Positions 1 to 18,299 of a stretch of 64,000 bases of DNA are shown in pieces. The notes beneath the pieces were generated by a model. The model was not told where the DNA came from. It saw only the letters and a list, made by a program, of their open reading frames with translations, and did no database searches. Source of the stretch: the human T2T-CHM13v2.0 reference genome, Homo sapiens; NCBI RefSeq assembly GCF_009914755.1, contig NC_060925.1; one strand, written 5' to 3'. How positions within the stretch are numbered: position 1 is the stretch's first letter; the number at the start of each line of letters is the position of its first letter. The translations under genes were made by a program, and so were the position numbers.

Positions 1-427
1 CAGTGGCACAATCTCAGCTCACCGTAGCCCCCACTTCTTGGATTCAAGGGATTCGCATGCCTCAGCCTCTCGGGCAGCTGGAATTATAGGCATGCGCCAC
101 CAAGCCTGGCTAATTTTTGTACTTTTAGAAGAGATAGGATTTAGGCCGGGCGTGGTGGCTCACGCCTGTAATCCCAGCACTTTGGGAGGCTGAGGCAGAG
201 GGATCCCGAGGTCAGGAGATGGAGACTATCCTGACTAACACTGTGAAATTCTGTCTCTACTAAAAATACAAAAAATTAGCCAGGCGTGGTGGCGGGCGCC
301 TGTAGTCCCAGCTACTCAGGAGGCTGAGGCAGGAGAACGGTGTGAACCCGGGAGGTGGAGCTTGCAGCGAGCCGAGATCGCGCCACTGCACTCACTCCAG
401 CCTGGGCGACAGAGCAACACTCTGTCT

Positions 428-482
<55 letters not shown>

Positions 483-600
483 AGAGACAGGGTTTCACCA
501 TGTTGCCCAGGTTGGTCTCAATCTCCTGACCTCATGTGATTCGCCCGCCTTGGCCTCCCATAGAACTGGGATTACAGGCATGAGTGACCGTGCCCGGCTG
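1..600. mobile_element. Antisense Alu interrupted by a sense AluY-like element (144-480, 52-nt pure A tail)
   Basis: Alu consensus on both strands; imperfect TSD gaagagataggattt/gaagagacagggttt. Confidence 0.9.
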
Positions 601-1241
601 GGTGCAACCTTTCAGAGGTCATGCGGGTGACAGGGAGCGACAAAAAACAAGAAAATAAAGCACTTCGCCGAGGCTGACTTGGGTCACAGAGGGCCAAACG
701 GTCCCGGGAAAATGGGTGGGCTCTTCACACCTTCTCATAGAAGTCTTGGAGGTGGGTGTTTAATGAGCATTTTTTGTTAGTAGCAAAACAAGACAAAGCA
801 AACACCAAAAGAATGCCAACCTACGTGCCTGTCAACAGTAGAAACAAACACCTTATTGATGGAGCTGAAGCTACGATGGAAATGAGGGGCTCAGTCCCAG
901 TGTCAAAGGGACGGACCCCAAGCCCAAACCCACCGGAGCGGGGGAAGACTGAGGGACGAATCACAGACAGAAACGCACGACTCGGCTCCACCATGCGCTG
1001 TCAGCTGTGCGGGAAGCACCACGTGTAGAAATAAAAGCATGAAAGTGCCTGAAAGAGGGAATTCCAGCACGTGCTCCTCTCATCTCGGGGACGGGCCCCA
1101 GGGGAAAGCAACAGCACCTTCAGGTGCTGGAACCCAGCTGAGCAGCCAGGGGGTTCCGGGGTCCTCCCTAAGTAGTTGTGAGAGATCACAGCCCGGGGTC
1201 CTTCCTAAGTAGTTCCGAGAGTTCAAGGTTTACATGGGGGA

Positions 1242-1553
1242 GGCCGGGCTTGGTGGCTCACGCCTGTAATCCCAGCACTTTGGAGGCAGGTGGATCACTT
1301 GAGGTCAGGAGTTCGAGACCAATCTGGCCAACAAGGTGAAACCCCGTCTCTACTAAAAATATAAAAATTAGCCAGGTGTGGTTGTGGGCACCTGTAATCC
1401 CACCTACTCAAGAGGTTGAGGCAGGAGAATTGCTTGAACCCTGGAGGTGGAAATCGCAGTGAGCCGACATCGAGACATTGCACTCCAGCCTGGGGGACAG
1501 AGCGAGACTCTGTCTCCAAAAACAAACAAATAAATAAACAAGCAAATAAATAA
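1242..1553 (+). mobile_element. Alu
   Basis: GGCCGGGC...TGTAATCCCAGC...A-rich tail. Confidence 0.9.
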
Positions 1554-1559
1554 AGTCCT

Positions 1560-2320
1560 GTGAGGAATGCACAGTTTCTCTGCACTCCCACACAACACTT
1601 CCCACAGGAGATGCAGGTTATTTCCACGTTGAGCAATTCTCCACAGACACTAGCTGTGTGTCCTCTGGTTCAATTCCCTCCCGAAGCCGTCCCCCTGGGG
1701 AGAGTGCCAGGTCCCCTGCGGCGAGGGCTGGATCCCACAAGACTGCCCCCTCCTCAGATGCTGGTCAGCCTGTGGGCCGTGCTTCTGACCGGCAGCTATA
1801 CATCGGGGTTCCCACGACACCCTCCTGAGGATCAATGAGTTTGACAGGACTGCCCTACAGAACTGCAGAAAGCACTTACGTTAAAAGAAAACAGAGGAGC
1901 AGCCGGCCGCAGAGACGCGCAGGCAAGGCCTGGGCAGGTGCTGGGTTTCAGGCCCTCTCTGGGCGCCACCCCCTGCCCCCAGCACCACAATCCGAAGACC
2001 ATCCCACTCTTTCATCTCTCATTCACGGGTTTTTACAGCGTTTAATCTCCACCTTCGCTCGCTGCGTCCCTGAGGTTGGCGGGTGGGGCTCAAAGCTCCC
2101 AGCCTCCAATCCTGGGGTCACCTGGTGTTCTGGCGACCAGTCCCCCCTACCCCCGCTCTCCAGGGCCCCACCCCCTGCCTCATCAGCATAAGCTCAGGTG
2201 TGATCAGCATAAGCTCCGGGGTGATCTGAACCACTCCTGTCACTCAGGAAATTCCAAGGCTTCGAGGAGCTTCTGTGCCAGGAACCAGGAACAAAGACCA
2301 AACACATTTCATATCAGAGC
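1560..2320. mobile_element. MER21-family LTR
   Basis: Resembles the MER21 consensus as I recall it (gcaattctccacagacactagctgtgtgtcctc...cccacaagactgcccc...ctcaggaaattccaagg...tgtgccaggaacc...aaagaccaaa). Confidence 0.7.
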
Positions 2321-2910
2321 ACAAGTGCAAAACATCATGGTTGGAAACAGGGTCTCAGAGTCCTCCAGGTGCAGGTGCCTGTTCAGACCAGAGACCACAA
2401 AGTTGTAAGTCAAACCTTCATGTTTGGCCAGCGGCGGTGGCCCACACCTAGAACCCCAGTACTTTGGAAGGCCGAGGAGGGAGGATCGCTTGCTGTCCAC
2501 TCACGTCTGGGGCACAGCCCAGGAGACCCGTGGGCCGCAGGGTAGACACTCAGCAGTCGTGAGACGCTTGCCCCAGTGCACTGTCTTTTCAAGGCCACTG
2601 ACATCTCCACAGACAGCCCCCAGCCCGTCCTTTGGCTCTTAATGTGCCTCATCCACCTCCGCGTGCTGACACCCACATCAGTGACATTTGGGCTAAGCCG
2701 CCTAATGCAGAGTGGCTATAAGCGCGCTGAGCCGCTCGTGAAATTCAGACAACCCCACCGGAAGTGAGAGAGAGGACGGCTGTGAGCTCAGGGCAGCGTT
2801 TCTGCTGAAGGCGTTTGCTTTCCCACCATCATAAAGTCAGAAAATCACAACTCAGACCATGGTAAGTGGGGACCACCCACAACCCAAGTGGGCCTTGGAA
2901 ATTAAGAATA

Positions 2911-9325
<6,415 letters not shown>

Positions 9326-9379
9326 AGAGGACAATTTCTAAAAGGCAAATAAGAAGCAGGAAGGGTGCATGCTCCTTCT

Positions 9380-9830
9380 CTACTGCCCTGTAACAGTCAT
9401 TCCACACTTACCACCTCAAAACAACAAATGCTTTTGATGTTGGCTCCTGTGGGGCAGCAATCTGCGGGAAGCTTAGCCAGGCACCTCTGGCTTAAGGTCC
9501 CTCCTGAAGCTGCAGTCACACCATGGACCAGGGCTGTGACCTCATCCGAAGGCTCAACTGGGGCTGAGGCCCACCTCTGAGCTCACTCAGGTGGACGCTG
9601 GCTGGGTTCAGTTCCTTGCTGGCTATAGGTGGAAAGGGCCCCCACCAGTTTCTTGCCAGCTTCTCCACAGGACGCCCCACAGCCTGACAGGAGCTTTCAT
9701 CCAGCAAGCTCATCAGGGAGTGGGAGAGAGCAGCCAGGACAGGAGCCCAGACCTTTCTGAACCTCATCTCAGAAGTGACATCCTTCCCTTCTGCTGTCTG
9801 GGCACAGCTCCCTGGGTGGAGCCCGAGGAC
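9380..9830. mobile_element. MLT1 (ERVL-MaLR, MLT1F-like) LTR fragment; paralog at ~62590-63040
   Basis: gcttagccaggcacctctggcttaagg...gctgcagtc...gaaggctcaactggggctg...ctcagaagtgaca resembles the MLT1F-like consensus. Confidence 0.65.
9412..9829 (-). other. SLC35E2B: SLC35E2B non-coding exon 2 (418 nt, MLT1 LTR-derived)
   Basis: Minus-strand acceptor ttccttctag|TCCTCG at 9829 and donor GAGGTG|gtaagt at 9412. The same 418-nt exon is present in the paralog at 62619-63036. Confidence 0.75.
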
Positions 9831-10795
9831 TAGAAGGAAAAGAAAACTTGGACTTAAAATGGGATAAAGCCATAGGAGCTGCTCGTCCCACCACAGGAAT
9901 CTCAACGCCGGGTTACTGACAAAGCGTCACTTTGCACCTCGTCCAACTGTGCAGACCTCTCCTAGCCAGGCCCCTGCACCAGAGGTTAAGAATCCGTGCC
10001 CCTGGTCAGGAAGTCCAGGTGGGTTCAAACGGCCAGCAGGGAATTTCAGGCAAAATGTGTCCCAAATCTTCAAACCATGCCCCAGAACTCAGACCTCCCC
10101 CTGGGAGTTCGTCCCAAGGAAACCACCTGCAAGAGGCTCAGGCTGCAGGGGACACTCCGCTTCCAAAACCCGGAAGCTGGAGACCACACAAGTGCCCAAC
10201 GCCAAAGGCACCCCGTGGAGGGACGCCCTGTGCCCTCCCCCGACCAGGTGACCCGCTGCGCCCTACACATCTTCACCAGGAAACATCTGTTATCGATGTG
10301 GACGAAGCGCAGCCTGCACTCCCAGATCCGCTCATTTTCGTTCTGCCCTCCGTTTTACGATTCGCCTACACTGAAAATGCGTGAGTGGAGTGGAAAGCCT
10401 TCCTACTCCTGCCTCAGCGACCCCTTCTAAAATACTGCCTCGTTTGGCCTGAAAATGTGATTTGCAGGCTTCCTGAGCAAAGTAGATTTCACTCCATTAA
10501 AGAAAAAAAAAAAGAAAAGGCACCGAACGGGGCTCGGCTGTCGGGAGTTTTGCTTTAGTTTTTTGCGTGTTTTGTTTTGTGTTTTTTTGTTGTTGTTGTT
10601 CTTTTTGCGGCCACGCACACCGCGTTCCCAGGCTTCAGGGCGTGGGGGTCGCCGTGGACTCCCGGACGTGAAAACGCTTAAAGCCAGCTGGGAAAACCCC
10701 ACCAGCGTTTTCCGCGCACAGCGCCAGCCATAGGAAAGGACCCCCAGGAGCGAATCCGGGCAGGGAAACCCCGGACGCCCGCACACTCAGCATCA

Positions 10796-10882
10796 GTACC
10801 GGCACCCAGCACCCAGCACCGAGCACCGAGCACGCAGCACCCAGCACCGATCACCGAGCAGAGCACCCCGCACGCAGAACCC
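10796..10882. repeat. Degenerate 7-bp tandem repeat (CCCAGCA/CCGAGCA)n
   Basis: ggcacccagcacccagcaccgagcaccgagcacgcagcacccagcacc... read directly. Confidence 0.85.
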
Positions 10883-10884
10883 AC

Positions 10885-11200
10885 CGAGAGCCTGATGCAG
10901 TCTCCGCCGCAGGCATAGCGCTAGGCCCCGGCGCCTTCACAACAAAGGGACGCTGGCGGGCGGGGCCTGAGAGGCGCGCGGTGGAGGGGCCGGGCGCGAG
11001 GCCGCGGAGACAGCTCGGAGCTCGGCACTGGGGAGTGGCACAGCGCTGGCGGATCCAGGTGGGCTTCACGGGGCGCCCGCGGGACCGGAAATGACGCGCA
11101 GAACCCTGCATCGGGCTCCTCGCTGCCCCGCGGGCGCCGCTCCTCAGTGCCCCAGAGCCACGGAGCCGGGGAAACGCGCCGCGGCCCACAACGCCCCCGC
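10885..11200 (-). other. SLC35E2B: SLC35E2B non-coding exon 1 (5' end approximate)
   Basis: Donor CTCTCG|gtgggt at 10885 inside the CpG island. The TSS position is inferred. Confidence 0.55.
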
Positions 11201-11203
11201 GGC

Positions 11204-11670
11204 TGCCCGTTGGTTCCGCCCGGGCCGTTCTACTCCAGGCAGACGGGAGGAGAAACACGGCGCGCTCAGCGTCCCCTCCCCCGTTGGTTCTGCTCGGGCC
11301 CTTCCACTGCAGGCCGACGGGGGTGGAAACACGCAGTTTTTTTTTTTTTTTTTTAAGGTCTAGGGTAACACGGGGCTTTTAAGTGCCTCTCCGCGGCCGC
11401 CTGGTGGTCCAGCCCGGGCCGTTGCAGTGCAGCCACACGGGGAGGGACACGGCGCGCCGAGTGCTCCGGGCGGCCGCACGTTGGTTCCGCCCGGGCCGTT
11501 CCACTGCAGGCAGAGGGAGAGGACGACGGTGCGCGTAGTGCATCCCCGTGGCCCGTTGGTTCCGCCGGGGCCGTTCCACTGAAGGCAGAAGGGGGGGGAC
11601 CGTGGCCCCACCCCCCGCGGCAGCCCGTTGGTTCCGCCCGGGCGGTTCCGCCCGGGCTGTTCCACCAGCG
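11204..11670. repeat. Degenerate GC-rich repeat, ~6 copies of core cccgttggttccgcccgggccgttccactgcaggc, spacing mostly ~72-78 bp
   Basis: Cores at ~11205, 11279, 11400, 11478, 11551 and 11623. Confidence 0.8.
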
Positions 11671-12130
11671 GCACTTCAGGGCGGGATCGGCCAGTCTGTG
11701 GAGGCAGCGGCCTCTAAGCCCCGGAGGGTTTACTGCCCAGGTTTGGGTTCCAGGAATAAGAAATCCACTGAATAGGCTTAACTTAGAAGACACAAAGGCG
11801 CCTCCTGGCGGAAGTGGCCACGCTCCGCCCAGCCTGAGGGAAAGCTGCTCTGACAGCTGGGCCCAGAGCTGCGGGGGGCGGGGCCGCCGCGCGGGGTGAG
11901 GACTCGCCTCAGGGCGCTGATTGGCTGGTGGCGCGCTCCGGGGCGGGGCCTTCGTATCCAGGCTGGCGTCGGGGCTGCCGCGGGACATCCGGAGCAGACA
12001 CCCGCGGGCGCGCCTGCGGCCCCGAGGACCCCCGGCTCCGGAGCTTCGTCGAGCGTTTTCCTAGCGTTACTTTCCCAAATAATTTTCAGGAATGAAGTTA
12101 CGGCTAAAGGGCTCTTTAGAGATTACTTTT

Positions 12131-14590
<2,460 letters not shown>

Positions 14591-15039
14591 CCCCTCTCTT
14601 TGCTATTTTGCCTGGGAGGAGTGTATTAATAATTTTAATTTTAAAGTTCTTTGATTATGTTCTAGTTTGATTATTGATCATTTACTTCTTAGCTATTTAT
14701 ATTCTTCCTTGAGTCATCGGTTTCTGCCCTTTGACAATTTTTCTGTGAATGTTTTGTGTCGATTATATGAGCTTTGTCTGTATTGAGAACATCCACGCAT
14801 TGTATTATTGCATCTGTTTTGCTAGTTGAGAACATCGACCTGCTGTATTATTGCAAATGTTTTCCTGCTTGCATGTAGTCATTTGTTGTGCATATTAATG
14901 AATTTCTATCCACATGACGCCGGAAGGGGATAGAGTGGGTGGGGAGGAAGAGGGAAGGGTCCCCACCTGGAGACCCAGCCTGCAGGCCACTCGGCCACCT
15001 GCGCAGAGGTAGGGGAGCAGCAGCCGCTCATGCCCCTGC

Positions 15040-15120
15040 AATTTGTCCTCATCAGCAGGTGGGGAAACTGAGGCCGGGGAGTTCTCCAGGCCAAGGTCAC
15101 TCACGGGCAAGTTCCCGCAG
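15040..15120. mobile_element. MIR fragment
   Basis: ggggaaactgaggc...ccaaggtcac core. Confidence 0.6.
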
Positions 15121-15214
15121 CCTTTGGACCCTCCATACATGTCAGGGCCGCTCATGCTTTCCTGGGCCCTTCACTGGTTTGGAGGAACCGTCCTGTTTCC
15201 CAGAGCGCACTGCC

Positions 15215-15480
15215 TGTCTCTGAGTGTATGTGTCTCAGTGGCGTCCATGTGTATTTTTCTGTGTGTGTATCTGTGTGAGTCTGTGTGTGTGGTGTGTTTG
15301 TGTCTGAGTGTGTGGTGTTAGCGTGTGTCTCAGTGGCGTCCATGCATATTTTTCTGTGTGATGTGTCTGTGTGTGTGTCTCTGAGTGTGTGGTGCCTGCG
15401 TGTGTCTCAGTGGTGTCCATGCATATTTTTCTGTGTGGTGTGTCTGTTTGTGTGTGTGTGAATCTACGTGGGTGTTTGTC
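15215..15480. repeat. TG-rich simple repeat with three ~80-95 bp internal units
   Basis: tgtgtctcagtgg(c/t)gtccatg...tatttttctgtgtg occurs three times. Confidence 0.85.
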
Positions 15481-17049
15481 CATCTTTTTGTCTGGCCTCC
15501 TGTCCCCTCTGCACAGAGCAGCTGGGTGGGGATGCTGGTCCTGGGGGCTTGTCAGCAGGATGTGGGCGTGGGGCAGCCCTGGGTGAGGCCTGAGTACAGG
15601 CCCCAGGTGCCTCCTGCACAGGGGTGGCTGAGCCGGCTCCTCTGTGGCTCCCGGGTCCCCACCGCCGGTCACTGGGCACCACCTGTCCTGGCCACCCACT
15701 CCTACCCACCCTGCTCTCCGCAGGGGCCTCCTTCCTCTTTCAGCTGTGCGCCCTGGTTGTGGAGGCTCCTAAGGAGGTTGTGGCCTCGGTTTACCACCTG
15801 CCTTGGCTCCTTGGTGTTGCCAGACCCTGAAGGCAGCCCATGCCCTGGCTGAGATCCTTCTGGGGCAGGATGTGCTGGAAGCAGCTGAAACATGTGGTAA
15901 TGTACCAGCTCCTGCTGTCCCCTACATCCCCAGCACCGCCAGCCTTCCCTGGGCTCCTCCAGCTGGCTTCTCTACCCTGTACCTGCCCCACCCTGCTTTC
16001 CCCCGACCCTACTACCCCCCAACCAGACTTCCAGCTCCAGGCAGGGTCGCAGCCTCCTGGGCTCCCAGCAGGACAGGCCTCACCCAGACCCCGCAGGAGC
16101 CGTGGGACTTGGGCTGGGTCTTTGGGCCTGGCTGCAGCCCCTTTGGACCTGACCTGAGGAGACACCCTGGCTGTGGGAGGCAGGGTGGGGGTGCCGGGCC
16201 CAGCACAGAGGTGCCCAGGGTGCAGGCTGGCACTGGCCCGGCAGGGACCGTGGATGCCGCCGTTTCAGGCTCGAAAAGGTTTCCATGCCCCAGAGCCTGA
16301 GCCCGGCAGCCCCCGAGGATGTCTTGGGGCCTCTGTGCTCCCCAAAGCCAAGAAGGTTAGGCTTGACCCACAGCCTCTTCCAGGCCGGGGAGGCAGAGGC
16401 GCTCCAGGTCGGTAGGGCGGGGCCCACAGCCCAGGGTTTCACGTCCCCAAAACGGGGCAGGGTGCTGGAGGCGCAGGTGTCCACAGGGTGGTCGTTTTGG
16501 TCTCTCCTGGACTTGCACGCGTGTAGTGCAGACTGGCTGCCGGCAAAGCCCTGAGCCACATTCATCTGGGCCTTGTTAGGACAACAGGGACGGTGCGGGG
16601 TGGGGGGGTTGCGGGGCGCAGGACCACGTCAGTGGAGGGAGGGAGGCCGATATCGGTGCCCAGGCTGGGCCCAGGGGCCAGCGGGTCCTCACCTGGCTTG
16701 TGGCTGCCCCTGTTAGGCAGCCCGGATGGAGGGGCTCTTCCAGCCCTGCTGGCCCCAGGAATGCAGGGACTCAATTCCCCCTGGTCTCAGTGGCTCTTCC
16801 GGGAGCAACACAGCCTGCCCGAGTCGACACCACCCCTCGGGTTTGAGTCCCTTCTGTCTACCCCTACCCCCGCCAGGGCACTGCCCCCTTGCCCGGAAGA
16901 GGCAGCGGCACCCCCAGCCCCTTGGGGAGGATGCCCTGCCGGCCCCACACTCGGTGGATGGGCATTTTGGGGCTAGGATTTAATGGGGGTGACCCTGCCC
17001 GACCCCTCTATGTTGGTTCCACGGCGTCAGAAGAAAGCTGTTATTAACC

Positions 17050-18015
17050 CAGCTTATTTTCTACAAGTCTTGTTTATTGAAAGGATCTGAAAAGCGTAAT
17101 AAGGCTTTCAATGACATTTAATACATTTTCAAGAAATTAATATGAAACATTAAAATTTACTTCAAAAATCCAAAGTTTTCTAGATCATTCCCATCTCACG
17201 CTGCTTTAGAGGTCAGTTCACACCTTCTGTGTTCAGATGAGCGGCTGGAATTCTGAACACTGCTGTCTTCCAGCCCTAACGCTGGGCGCTGGTCCCTCTC
17301 TCCTAAGCCCACGGCTGGGCTTCCCCTGTGCCCAGGGTCATGGCGGACTTCAAGCCAGGCCGGCTGCCCAGAATCACACTCAGGGTTTTTGGACGCTCAA
17401 GTCCACAGATGCTGAGGTGCCCAGACGAGGGTGAGCAGGGAGACACATGCCTCGGAGAACGTGCCCAGGCTGGGCCAGGCGGCTGCGGGAAGCTCCTCAC
17501 GGGCAGAGGAGAACGTCTTGTGCCTTCCTTATCGATCTCCAGCAGATGAGGGCAACTTCGTGTGCAAAACTCAGAGAGCAGTTACTCAAAAAAAAGACAC
17601 CCGGGCAGCAGTAACCAGGACACCAGGGTCCGACCACGGCCTCCACACACCTGTGCCCGTGGAAGACGCGGGCGCCGGGGTAGGCAGCATCCACGTGCTC
17701 CACAGCTGCTGGTGCTGGGCAGGCTGGAGACTCACGGGAGAGGCAGGAGGAGAATCAGCGTGTTGAGTCCCTCGCTGTGTTAGTGTGAAAAATTCTCATT
17801 ACTGTTGCAAATAAAAGGGATCACGATCACTAGCCCCGGAAACCCTCATCTCCCGGACCATCAGGATCGCACTGAACAGAATGGTCCCCTAATGGTCCCT
17901 GAGGACAGCGTCTTGCAGAACATAAATGTAAACATTGAATGGCAGACGACTCCCTTCCCCTTGAAATCTTCACAAAAGTGTGTACGAGAAAGTATGTACA
18001 TCAGCACTTCAGAAA
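17050..18015 (-). other. Orphan 3'-UTR-like segment with AATAAA (17073-17078, minus strand); probable duplicated NADK 3'-UTR remnant
   Basis: Repeat-free UTR-like sequence ending in a minus-strand AATAAA. It lies ~6 kb upstream of the SLC35E2B TSS, as NADK's 3' end does relative to SLC35E2A. Identity is from recall and synteny, not a search. Confidence 0.55.
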
Positions 18016-18030
18016 AGGGGCCCACAGGAC

Positions 18031-18070
18031 GTGTGCGGGGTGTGCAGGGTGTGCGGGGTGTGCGGGGTGT
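18031..18070 (+). repeat. 9-bp tandem repeat (GTGTGCGGG)x4.4; potential G-quadruplex
   Basis: gtgtgcggggtgtgcagggtgtgcggggtgtgcggggtgt contains four G-tracts of 3 or more. Confidence 0.85.
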
Positions 18071-18299
18071 TTGAGGGTCCGGATGTGCGTCCCGAGGTCG
18101 GAGGGTTGGACGCCCCTGTGTCCAGTTGTTGGGAGGGGTGGGAGGCCTCGCCCTGCTGTTCAGCCCCTTCCCCTCCACTGGGCCGCGTTCCCAGGGACGT
18201 GCAACAGGGCGCTCAGGTTAGGAGACCCGAAACCACAGGCAGACAGGACCCGCCACGCCCGCTCCCAGCCCTGGGCACCCCCACCCCCGTTTCCTTCCA

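Larger units (their letters stand above)
10600..12100. promoter_or_regulatory. CpG-island promoter of SLC35E2B
   Basis: High GC/CpG content; GC boxes (~11874, ~11940), ATTGG/CCAAT 11920-11924, ETS CGGAAGT 11809-11815. Confidence 0.85.

Noticed and set aside
9932-10430. Overlapping 100-150 aa plus-strand ORFs identical in both duplicates
   Set aside because: Identity simply reflects near-identical paralogous DNA; there is no recognisable protein family.
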